NCBI GenBank assembly: GCA_019058295.1
Contig: JAHPZI010000014.1
Span: 32,001 to 96,000 of the forward strand
DNA: 64,000 nt
Direction of reading: 5' to 3'
DNA from: Promethearchaeota archaeon
Lineage (GTDB): Archaea > Asgardarchaeota > Lokiarchaeia > Sigyniarchaeales > SOKP01
Numbering within the stretch: the stretch's first letter is position 1; every line of letters begins with the position of its first letter. Of this stretch, positions 53,483 to 62,508 are shown in pieces. Below the pieces are notes generated by a model. The model ran no database searches. It was not told the DNA's origin and saw only the letters and a program-made list of their open reading frames with translations. Position numbers and translations under genes: made by a program.

Positions 53483-55306
53483 TTGGATGAAAGCAATATG
53501 AATAAAAAAATTTTATACGCGTTTATTTTTACATCCATTTTTATAGTAAGCACCGTATCAGTGATAGCTCAACCTGCTGCTGCTGCTCATTGGAAATTAG
53601 GGATCCCAGAAGAGGCAAAAGGAATGGAAGTGGAGAGCGAAGTTACAGTATATGATAAGGACGCTTGGGAAGAACATGTAGGCCCTGAACATAATGATAA
53701 GGTTACAGAAGTATATGCAGGGGATTCAGATGAAGTTGGTGCAAGATCAAAAACAAAAGTTAATGATTTCGAGGGCGAAAAAATTGATTTCTTCAGTGAT
53801 TTTGTAATGACAATGGATGTACCACTTGATGAAAATGGTCAGCCACTAGAAATTATGGGAAGATCACTTACAGATTATTGGTCTGCGGTTACTACTGCAA
53901 ATAGCATTTTGAGGGAAATCGCATATAGAGATGAGGACGCACTCGCTGATGACCCACCTTTTGCTAATGTTACTACTGTAAAGCCTTCGCTAGACCTTAA
54001 TGCATCTATTGGTGGCGCTATAGATTGTGGCCCCATCGCGCAACTAGAAATTTTAACACAGCTAATATGGCAACTCAAAAATCCGGCCTTTCCAGATGTA
54101 AATCCATTTGACTGGGGAGATCCTAACCATCGAGCAGGAGCCGTTGCAACAGAGGCGATGAATTATGATGAAAACAGTCCTATGCAGATCTGTAATTGGT
54201 CAGATTATCTTCAATGGATAACAGAAATTGGGATATTAAGTGAAGAACAAAGCCGGGAAAAGTATAATACAGAATATTCAGGAACTGAAATTGATATAGA
54301 TTATTGGGATTATGTCACGGACGGGGATTATGATTCCAATCCAGATGAGGATGATTGGATCCGTCCTATCCTAAACGATCCACATGCCTATTATGATATA
54401 TATCAAAAATTCATAGGATACTTGGGTGAGCAACTTGGTTATGCGGATAAGATAATAGAAGCGATAAAACATATTAAAGGTATATATCAAAATTGTTATC
54501 CCGTTCCTTCATTGGGTCCTATTTTAGGAGTCAATCAAACGATTTTCTGGTATGCATCTCATCTAGCAGTCGATATGGCATTACAAGGGATGTATAATCT
54601 TACAGATCCTGATAATGCCGATAAACTACTTCTATATAATCAAGCACTTGCGACTGGAAATTTAGTTACTTTATATCTTGATGGTCTTCTTGATGCAAGT
54701 GGCACGAATATTCTTCAACAATATTTCGACTATCCTGCTGGACTCAACTATATTAGGCATTTCATCGTGGATGAAGTCCCAATGCAGAAGAAAGAATTCT
54801 TGGCTCTCTTATTTGAACAAGGAATATATGCCATGCAACCTGTGGATAAATACCTTGAGAAAATAATCGATGATTTCGATATTGATGATGATGCGATCTG
54901 GGGAGATAATTTTGTAACTGATGGACTAGTGGCGATGGATGCTTTAAATAGAGGTGGGATTTCAGTTGACGGTAAAGAAGTCACTGTAGAATATGATTGG
55001 GTGTATTTGGTATATGATACTCCTGATGGAATTGTCCAAGTAGAAGATGAAGCCATGGTACCGGGATTAATAGAGGCGGGTATTATTCCTGCGGGTGCAG
55101 AACCTCGTAAAGACTATGAGATCATCTATACTTATGGTGATACTGGAGGTCAAATTGCAATTGAATATAAGGGGTCTGATACATTCTTCAAGGTTGAAAG
55201 TATTGCACCACTTATTCCTGGCTATGAAATTACGATCTTATTAGCCTCAGCCGCAATTTCTGCAATTGCACTTATCTATGTCGTTATGAAAAAGAAAAGG
55301 ATGTAA
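53483..55306 (+). CDS. Secreted acidic surface protein with IPGY-type C-terminal sorting signal
   Basis: Signal peptide (likely start 53498), several N-x-S/T sequons, C-terminal IPGYE, TM helix and KKKR. Confidence 0.8.
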   Translation: MDESNMNKKILYAFIFTSIFIVSTVSVIAQPAAAAHWKLGIPEEAKGMEVESEVTVYDKDAWEEHVGPEHNDKVTEVYAGDSDEVGARSKTKVNDFEGEKIDFFSDFVMTMDVPLDENGQPLEIMGRSLTDYWSAVTTANSILREIAYRDEDALADDPPFANVTTVKPSLDLNASIGGAIDCGPIAQLEILTQLIWQLKNPAFPDVNPFDWGDPNHRAGAVATEAMNYDENSPMQICNWSDYLQWITEIGILSEEQSREKYNTEYSGTEIDIDYWDYVTDGDYDSNPDEDDWIRPILNDPHAYYDIYQKFIGYLGEQLGYADKIIEAIKHIKGIYQNCYPVPSLGPILGVNQTIFWYASHLAVDMALQGMYNLTDPDNADKLLLYNQALATGNLVTLYLDGLLDASGTNILQQYFDYPAGLNYIRHFIVDEVPMQKKEFLALLFEQGIYAMQPVDKYLEKIIDDFDIDDDAIWGDNFVTDGLVAMDALNRGGISVDGKEVTVEYDWVYLVYDTPDGIVQVEDEAMVPGLIEAGIIPAGAEPRKDYEIIYTYGDTGGQIAIEYKGSDTFFKVESIAPLIPGYEITILLASAAISAIALIYVVMKKKRM

Positions 55307-55782
55307 AAACTATTGAATTTTTAAAATTTATTATTTATTATTATTTTTTTTTTTCCATTTTTATGAATTTTTTAATTTTTAGTAAAATCTAATTTCGTCT
55401 TTTTTAAAATATTAAGTAATCTTTGATTTATTTTTCTCAGTAATTGTTTTTAGAATTTCACCAATTTTCAATTTCAATGCAACTGTTTAAAAATTATTCT
55501 AATTGTTAATCATGTTAAATTTAAGATAATCATTCAAAAGTGTTGATTTTACGATGAGATCGATGGTAAATATTCATGCTTTTTCGTAAAATGATTGATT
55601 TCGCTTACATTTTTGAATTATTTTGTGTAACTAAAAAATGCATTTAGACCAACATTATTAACATTCTATGATGGTTTAACCTTAAAGTTTAAAAACAAGC
55701 TTAACTAATCAATATTTAAATTTAAAATATTTTTAAATTTATTTTTAAATTATATTTAAAACAATAATGGAGGAATATAAAA

Positions 55783-55983
55783 ATGGCTAAAAAGAAAGCA
55801 GGAGCTGAGGCCCTTTTTGTTAAGAGCAAAGTTCGAGAATATATTAAATCGAAAGGATGCAATACGAGTGGAGATGTAATCGATGGAGCTTCTCTTAACG
55901 ATGCGATAATAGACGTTCTCGATAAAGCAATAGGCAGGGCTAAAGCTAATGGCAGAAAGACCGTTCAAGAAAAGGATTTATAA
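55783..55983 (+). CDS. Histone-fold protein, alpha3/face-to-face-like type
   Basis: LFVKSKVREYIK...RAKANGRKTVQEKDL, short alpha2/alpha3, strong GGAGG Shine-Dalgarno. Confidence 0.88.
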   Translation: MAKKKAGAEALFVKSKVREYIKSKGCNTSGDVIDGASLNDAIIDVLDKAIGRAKANGRKTVQEKDL

Positions 55984-56218
55984 TTAATTAATTTAAAAAT
56001 TTAATTTTTCTTTTTTTTCTAATTCTAATTTTCTTTTTATTTTTTAATATAAATTAGTAAATTATAGCAGTATTAGAATATAAATTACAGATTAAACAAA
56101 TAAAAATTAACACACACCTAACCTAATAAAGAATAAACTTTCCTTCAAATCGCCTTATCAGATAACCCTTTTTTAGAGAATAGGAAAACTTTATTCTTAT
56201 TACTCTTTTTTTAATACA

Positions 56219-56782
56219 TTATTCGATTGAATCAATGCTATCTTCTTTATCAACAACATAAAATCCAACTGATAATACGCTCTTTAAACCTTGAAGTTGG
56301 TCTCTTAAATTTTTTACTCTCTCATAAGGACCTGATACTGCGATAATTTCCATACATTTTTCATACTCTAAATGGATATGTAAAGTTGAAAGGATAACAT
56401 CTTCGTGGTGATGCTGTATATCTGTTGATAAAAGTGAATCGGTTTGCTGAACATTTGCGTAAATAGGTTTAGAAATATATTTATGAGCGTGTTGATGATC
56501 ATGATCGTGATGATGTTTAGTATTTATGTCAGAAGCAAGACCATCAAGGACTTCATCAACCTCTTTGATATGTTCGTGAGCCATAATCATTGTAATGCAT
56601 CCCGCAACGTTTCCTGATGATTCAGCAATATTTTCTTCGCTAATCATGAAAGATTTCATAGCCTTTCTAATGCTTTCGGATCTTGCCCATTTTTTTTTTT
56701 TTCTTAAAGACTCGAAGGCTTCATATAATTTTTTTGGAAGAGAAACAGTGAATCGCTTATAATCTTCCTTATCTTCTTCCAT
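56219..56782 (-). CDS. nikR: NikR-family nickel-responsive regulator with His-rich insert
   Basis: Ribbon-helix-helix RFTVSLP...RSESIRKAM, C-terminal QHHH...LHIHL...CMEII, insert HHHDHDHQHAH. Confidence 0.85.
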   Translation of the reverse strand: MEEDKEDYKRFTVSLPKKLYEAFESLRKKKKWARSESIRKAMKSFMISEENIAESSGNVAGCITMIMAHEHIKEVDEVLDGLASDINTKHHHDHDHQHAHKYISKPIYANVQQTDSLLSTDIQHHHEDVILSTLHIHLEYEKCMEIIAVSGPYERVKNLRDQLQGLKSVLSVGFYVVDKEDSIDSIE

Positions 56783-56821
56783 TTAGATTCATTTTTTCCT
56801 TTATTAAATTAGAATACAAAT

Positions 56822-57559
56822 TTATGGCTTTCTTATAAAAATAGCAATTGGTACACTTGCTTCACGCCACTGCGCGATTTTCCCAGAATACTCAAGATTT
56901 AATTTAGATCTCCCATGATCCCCCAGGATTATCATTAAAGATTTTCTTCTAAGTTGTTTGTAATTGCTTAAAATCCATTTATCAGTACGTAGGATTAATT
57001 TTTGAATCAAATCTTCAGGAGTTCTTTGTTTTAACTTTTGTTGTTGTTTGTGAAGATTCTCAAAATCTAAATAATGCATCCATGATAGGGGGTATGTATT
57101 AATTGTTTTGGCAGATTCCACCCATGTAGACATATCTGTATCTTTAGAGATTGAGAGAGTTCCCCCATCATAACGCTCCAAATCTTTTTTTCTCGCAATA
57201 AAGCACGATTTTTTACCGTTATCATTAAGATATCTTAGTAGATGAAAACCGTTAGGTTCAATTTCAAAACCACCAAACATCAATTGGTGCAAAACGCCTA
57301 ATGTATAAGGATTTTTTGTACTTAAAAGTAACATTACTTCAGAGTTAGTTATCATAAATTGAGGTTTATGGTAAGTAATTTCAAATAAACCAAAGTTATC
57401 TATCATGTTAATACTTATTCGTTCAATATCCTGATACATATCTAATATTGATTGAACCGGTTCAGAAATCGTATTTAATGGGGGCTTAAGACCTAATAAT
57501 TGAATTATCGTCGCAGGTAATTGATTCAAATAACATTTTAAAGTTTGAAGTTCTGACAT
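56822..57559 (-). CDS. Alkaline-phosphatase-superfamily-like protein (degenerate)
   Basis: LPATIIQLLG, IDNFG, ILGDHG and a C-terminal VPI. Confidence 0.55.
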   Translation of the reverse strand: MSELQTLKCYLNQLPATIIQLLGLKPPLNTISEPVQSILDMYQDIERISINMIDNFGLFEITYHKPQFMITNSEVMLLLSTKNPYTLGVLHQLMFGGFEIEPNGFHLLRYLNDNGKKSCFIARKKDLERYDGGTLSISKDTDMSTWVESAKTINTYPLSWMHYLDFENLHKQQQKLKQRTPEDLIQKLILRTDKWILSNYKQLRRKSLMIILGDHGRSKLNLEYSGKIAQWREASVPIAIFIRKP

Positions 57560-57671
57560 TTTTTAAATCGAATCTAATAATTAAATGTCTAATTTTATTT
57601 TTTCTAATTTCTTATATTTATTATAATCATATCAATATAATTATTTTTAGTTATTCTTTATTTGTGTTTTA

Positions 57672-59012
57672 TTGCTCATAAAATTTCTAATGTATTCGTT
57701 AAAAAAATCCCATATCAAAATGAAATTATTATATATCGATGCGATTAATTCTGGAATATCGGGTGACATGTTTTTAGCTTCACTTTTAGGTCTTGTTCCA
57801 GCTTCAGATCCCATATTAAATGAATTAAAAAGCTTGAAAGATTACCTTCCAGGTGTGTCCAATTTACATATAGAATTAGTAAATATTAAGCGATCAGGTA
57901 TTAAATTAAATAAACTTAAAATAGATATTAAAGAAAATAAGCATCAGCGAACTGCAAACGTTTTAAAAATCTCGTTAAATAAATTTCTGGAAGATAATAA
58001 TTTTACAAATGAAGCCAAAAATTACGCTAATAATGTATTAAATACTTTAATAAATGCAGAAGCAGATATACACGGTGAACTAATTGAAAACTTACATTTG
58101 CACGAGTTAAGTTCTGTTGATACATTAATAGATATTATTGGTGTTTCAAGAGCATTGGAAACGATAGGTGTTTTCAATAATAATTTTAAAATATTTTGCA
58201 GTAAATTACCTTTAGGTGGGGGTACAATTAAAACAGCCCATGGAATTTTACCTATACCAGCTCCCGCAACTTTGAAAATTTTAGAAAAATCGAATTTAGT
58301 GGTATATAATGGTCCAATTGAGAATGAATTAGTAACTCCCACGGGAGCTGCATTATTAGCGAATTTAAACGCGATAAATTTTCAATGTGAAGTGAAACTT
58401 AATAAAGTTATATACAGTACGGGGCAAAAAGAATTTAATAATTTTTTAAATATCTTGCGTTTATACTATGGAGAGATAGAGGGAGAGGAAGTCCTTATTG
58501 AAGCTCACCCTTTAAAAGATTATATCGAACCAATAACGGTTTTAGAAACTAATGTTGACGATGTTTCAGGGGAAGTACTCGGAAACTTCATTAAAAAATT
58601 TAAAAATGAAGATATATTAGATATACAAATTATTCCAAGTATTACAAAAAAAAATAGACCGGGTCATAATATAAAGGTATTGTGTCGACCTGAAGATAAA
58701 TTTAAAATTATTGAAAAAATTTTATACGAGTTAGGGACTTTAGGAGTAAGATTCAATACGATAAGTCGAGTCTGCGTTGAGAGAAAAATTGAAAATACTG
58801 ATATTGAAATAAATGGAAAAATCTATGATTTAAGATATAAAATCTCTTATTTTGATACTGAAACAGAAAGGAAGATCGTGAATATTAAGCCAGAAAACGA
58901 AGATCTTAGAAGAATTGCTGAGGATTCAGGACTTTCATTAAAAGAAATTCTATTTTTCACTCAAGCAAAAAGTGAGCAGTTCTATTATAAATATAAAAAG
59001 AATAACAAGTAA
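57672..59012 (+). CDS. larC: Nickel pincer cofactor biosynthesis protein LarC
   Basis: SGISGDMFL, HLHE, HGILPIPAPAT, ELVTPTGAA, LETNVDD, KKNRPG, GTLGVR. Likely start 57720. Confidence 0.93.
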   Translation: MLIKFLMYSLKKSHIKMKLLYIDAINSGISGDMFLASLLGLVPASDPILNELKSLKDYLPGVSNLHIELVNIKRSGIKLNKLKIDIKENKHQRTANVLKISLNKFLEDNNFTNEAKNYANNVLNTLINAEADIHGELIENLHLHELSSVDTLIDIIGVSRALETIGVFNNNFKIFCSKLPLGGGTIKTAHGILPIPAPATLKILEKSNLVVYNGPIENELVTPTGAALLANLNAINFQCEVKLNKVIYSTGQKEFNNFLNILRLYYGEIEGEEVLIEAHPLKDYIEPITVLETNVDDVSGEVLGNFIKKFKNEDILDIQIIPSITKKNRPGHNIKVLCRPEDKFKIIEKILYELGTLGVRFNTISRVCVERKIENTDIEINGKIYDLRYKISYFDTETERKIVNIKPENEDLRRIAEDSGLSLKEILFFTQAKSEQFYYKYKKNNK

Positions 59013-59051
59013 ATAAAAAATAAAAAAATAATTTTGGTTGACAATACTAGC

Positions 59052-59591
59052 TTAATACTTATCGATATTGAATTCTTTAAGGTAGTATTCATCCTCAACC
59101 ATTTGCTTTGAAAAATCACTTAAGCGTTGGAGTTCTTTTTTAATTTCTTTTACTTTTCGTAGTTTCCCGAGTTCTCGAAATATTTCTTCTGCATCTTCAA
59201 AAGCTTTAATACAATTTTCATAATTACCAGAAACCTCAAGATCTTCGGCAAGATACAATAATCCTTCAGCAACATCCATTTTTTTCCCTAATTTTCGTTG
59301 AATCTTTAAAGATTCTTCATGATACTTTAAACTTTCAACATATTGCTTAAAGATGGAATGAGTTCTGCCTAAAGATCTTAAAACTATCGCTTCTTCTTCT
59401 TTAAGATTTTTTTCTCTACAATAACTTAGAATCTGGTTTAAGAATTGGAGATAAATCGATTTATCCTTTTGATCAATATAAGAAATAGCTTTCTCATATG
59501 ATTCTAATGTATTCTTGATATCACCATCTTCAAAAAAAGTTTTAGATTGTTCAAAAAAATTGTTGCTCATAATTGCGACCATTGGTCTCAA
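59052..59591 (-). CDS. TPR-repeat protein
   Basis: TPR-like helices (LGRTH...SLKYHEESLKIQRKLG). Confidence 0.8.
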   Translation of the reverse strand: MRPMVAIMSNNFFEQSKTFFEDGDIKNTLESYEKAISYIDQKDKSIYLQFLNQILSYCREKNLKEEEAIVLRSLGRTHSIFKQYVESLKYHEESLKIQRKLGKKMDVAEGLLYLAEDLEVSGNYENCIKAFEDAEEIFRELGKLRKVKEIKKELQRLSDFSKQMVEDEYYLKEFNIDKY

Positions 59592-59788
59592 CTTGAATAT
59601 CTTTAATTTTTTTAAATTAGATTTTAATTAAAAATTAGTCCAATAATACATATATTCAAACCCATATTTAAAATTAATGATTTGTTTATTTAATCAAAAG
59701 TTTATTTGAATATACCCATTTTATTCCCATTTTATAAAAAAAGTTCTCTTTTAAATCCCATTCTAAAGCTGTAATTATTATATTAAAA

Positions 59789-60574
59789 CTATTTTACTAT
59801 TTTATTAGCAATTAGAGCAGCAGAAGCACCAGCTCCGAAACCATTATCAATATTTACAACTAATAAGCCAGGAGAACAGGATTGTAACATAGTTATAAGT
59901 GCTCCTTTACCTTTTTCACCCATTCCATAACCACTAGAAATGGGAACGCCTATAACTGGTATATCTACTAATGCAGCAACAACTCCAGGTAAAGTTCCCT
60001 CCATTCCGGCACAAACAATAATCACATGAACATTTTTTTTAATCATTTCGCTGAGGGGCGTAAAAATTCTATGTACACCAGCGATTCCTACATCATAGCT
60101 AGTTAAAACTTCACATCCCATTGCTATTGCTGTGGTTTTTGCCTCCTCAGCAACCAGAATATCTGAACTTCCCGCAGTGATTATCCCGACAATCCCCCCT
60201 CTCTTAGGAAAATCGAATGATTTTTCTTTAATAACTATAATTTTCCCTAATTCATTTATATCTATTTCATATTTATCCTGATTTCCGAAAGTTTGAACTA
60301 TAAATTCCCTCTGTTCTTCAATATATCGAGAGATTATAGCAAATTTATTTATTTTCAGAAAGCGTTCAATAATATCAATAATAGTTTTAGCGTCTTTATT
60401 TTGAGCAAGTATAACTTCGGGGACACCAGTCCTCGTCTTTCGAAATACATCTAATTTTGCTAAATCTCCTACTTCTTCTATTAATTTAGCTTTTAAAAGT
60501 TTCTCAGCTTCTTCGATTGAGCATTCCTTTTCAAGTAATTTTTTCAAAATTTCCTTAATATTATCCATAACCAA
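59789..60574 (-). CDS. larB: Nickel pincer cofactor biosynthesis protein LarB
   Basis: RTGVPEVI, AGSSD, DVGIAGVHR, AGMEGTLP, VVNIDNGFGAG. Confidence 0.94.
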   Translation of the reverse strand: MVMDNIKEILKKLLEKECSIEEAEKLLKAKLIEEVGDLAKLDVFRKTRTGVPEVILAQNKDAKTIIDIIERFLKINKFAIISRYIEEQREFIVQTFGNQDKYEIDINELGKIIVIKEKSFDFPKRGGIVGIITAGSSDILVAEEAKTTAIAMGCEVLTSYDVGIAGVHRIFTPLSEMIKKNVHVIIVCAGMEGTLPGVVAALVDIPVIGVPISSGYGMGEKGKGALITMLQSCSPGLLVVNIDNGFGAGASAALIANKIVK

Positions 60575-60726
60575 TCTTTTAAAAATAAGATTTTAACATT
60601 TAATTATAATTTCTTTCAATTTAACTTAATAGTTAAATCTTTTATTCTTTTTAAATATAAAAAAAGATAATAAGAATTCAAAATAATCATAAAATATATT
60701 CTTAATAAAAACTAGAGTGATGTGTT

Positions 60727-61947
60727 ATGAAGATAGATTATACCTCTTATAAAGATGTAGATTTGAAAGGAAAGAAAGTGTTGATGCGGGTTGATATCAA
60801 TTCTAACATAGATGTAGAAAAGATGCAAATTACCAAATCACCTCGAATTGAAGTATTAGTACCATTTTTGAAGGATATTTACAATGAGAGTGCTGTAATT
60901 ATTATGGCTCACCAATCAAGACCAGGTAACGATGATTTCACCGATTTAGATATTCATGCTAGAGAAATCGAAAGACAACTTGGTAAACCCGTAAAATTTG
61001 TCAAGGATATTTATGGTGAAGTTGCTGTCAATGCAATAAAGGCTCTTAAACCGGGAGAAGTCTTAGTACTGAATAATATACGTAAATATGAAGCTGAAAT
61101 GAAGGGATATAAAGATTTTTCCGAAGCAGAGAATACTGATATGATAAAGACGTTGTTTCCCCTAGTGGATTATGTGATAGTGGATGCTTTTGGAGCAGCA
61201 CATCGAGCACATGCGTCTATCGTTGGTTGGCCTAAGATGTTAGCTGGCCCAATAACTGATAAGGAATTACACAATTTGAAAAAAATTGTGGAAGCACCTG
61301 ATAAACCTATGGCTATGCTTATCGGAGGGGCAAAAGCAATCGATAAATTTAAAGCTATGAAATACAATTTTGACAATGACAAATTAGATTATGCGTTATG
61401 CTCAGGATTAACAGCCATCTTAATTTTTGAAGCATTAGGTAAAGACATGGGAGAGATTAACCTTAAAATTACGGCGAAAGATCTGGAAGCAAATAAGGAT
61501 ATGATTATTGAAACTTATAATAAATACAAAGACAAGATAATCTTACCTGAAGATTTAATTATTGATGACAATGGGAAGAGAAAAGCGATTACAATTGATG
61601 AAGCTGGAACTGCAAATACAACCACAGGGGACATAGGACAAAAAACTGTAGAAGTTTTTAAAGAGATAATGGTAAAATGTAAAACTATAGTAGCAAATGG
61701 ACCTCCTGGCATATTTGAGAAAGAAGTGTTTAGAGCTGCTACCATGGATATGGTTGATGCTATGGTGGAAGCGACTAAAAAAGGAGCTTTAACCATAATA
61801 GGCGGAGGGGAAATGGGAGCTGCAGCTGCAATGTCTGGTAAAGATGATCAAGTCTCATTCATATCTACAGCAGGTGGAGCCATGCTTGAAATTCTCTCTG
61901 GAAATGACTTGCCCATGATTCGAGCATTAAGAGAAAAAAAATTATAG
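60727..61947 (+). CDS. pgk: Phosphoglycerate kinase
   Basis: RVDIN, HQSRPG, DAFGAAHR, GGAK, NGPPGIFE, ISTAGGA. Confidence 0.96.
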   Translation: MKIDYTSYKDVDLKGKKVLMRVDINSNIDVEKMQITKSPRIEVLVPFLKDIYNESAVIIMAHQSRPGNDDFTDLDIHAREIERQLGKPVKFVKDIYGEVAVNAIKALKPGEVLVLNNIRKYEAEMKGYKDFSEAENTDMIKTLFPLVDYVIVDAFGAAHRAHASIVGWPKMLAGPITDKELHNLKKIVEAPDKPMAMLIGGAKAIDKFKAMKYNFDNDKLDYALCSGLTAILIFEALGKDMGEINLKITAKDLEANKDMIIETYNKYKDKIILPEDLIIDDNGKRKAITIDEAGTANTTTGDIGQKTVEVFKEIMVKCKTIVANGPPGIFEKEVFRAATMDMVDAMVEATKKGALTIIGGGEMGAAAAMSGKDDQVSFISTAGGAMLEILSGNDLPMIRALREKKL

Positions 61948-62005
61948 AAGAATAATTTATTTTTTATTTTTTATTTTTATTTCACCGATACCTTCGCAAA
62001 GGTCA

Positions 62006-62042
62006 GTCCTCTTACGACTCCATTTTTTCTCGTAAGAATCAT
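62006..62042 (-). promoter_or_regulatory. SECIS-like element (eukaryote/Loki-type) in the 3' UTR of the UGA-containing ORF
   Basis: Minus strand reads AUGA-U-UCUUACGA-GAAAAAAUGGAG-UCGUAAGA-G-GA-C: tandem G.A/A.G core, perfect 8-bp helix and unpaired AAA at the 5' side of the loop. Confidence 0.62.
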
Positions 62043-62083
62043 TCAATTCGGGACTATTTTTAGTTTTTCTTTTGAAATACTTG

Positions 62084-62311
62084 CTATTGGATTTGTATTA
62101 ATTTAATGTCGTATATTTTATTGAGTTTATAAATTGAGAAGCCTTGCTTAAAGTTCACACATCCTCAACCTCCTCCTCCAGAATCACTAGCGTCTGCGCT
62201 ATTTTCACCATCACCTTCATAATACTGACTATTTAAATAAATAACAATTATCGTTATTGAAAAAGTCGTTAGAAGTGCAACTAAGGCAATTATTATAATA
62301 GTCTTTTTCAT
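62084..62311 (-). CDS. Candidate small membrane-anchored selenoprotein (75 aa, UGA at codon 49; 48 aa if UGA is a stop)
   Basis: Manual translation MKKTIIIIALVALLTTFSITIIVIYLNSQYYEGDGENSADASDSGGGG-UGA-GCVNFKQGFSIYKLNKIYDIKLIQIQ-UAG, followed by the SECIS-like hairpin. Not in the ORF track. Confidence 0.55.
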
Positions 62312-62508
62312 GTTTTTTTTTTTAGTAAGTTCCGATTTGGAAATTATAAAAACACCAATCCTTTTTTTTATTTTAATATAAATTGGGAATTTTTACTATA
62401 TAAAATGTGATAATTTTCTTAGAAATAAAATTAAATAAAATTAATATTTAGAGATTAATTTACAAATAGTAAAAGTTATATTTCAAAGGCAACAAGGGCG
62501 TGTTTTTG

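Noticed and set aside
55546-55592. Inverted repeat ATTTTACGA/TCGTAAAAT resembling the SECIS stem
   Set aside because: The G.A core is out of register on the plus strand and reads AUCA on the minus strand, and no UGA-containing ORF was seen upstream. It could still be an operator for the histone gene, but that is unsupported.
59661-59762. Four CCCAT(T) motifs upstream of the TPR gene
   Set aside because: Irregular spacing and low information content; a regulatory role cannot be supported.
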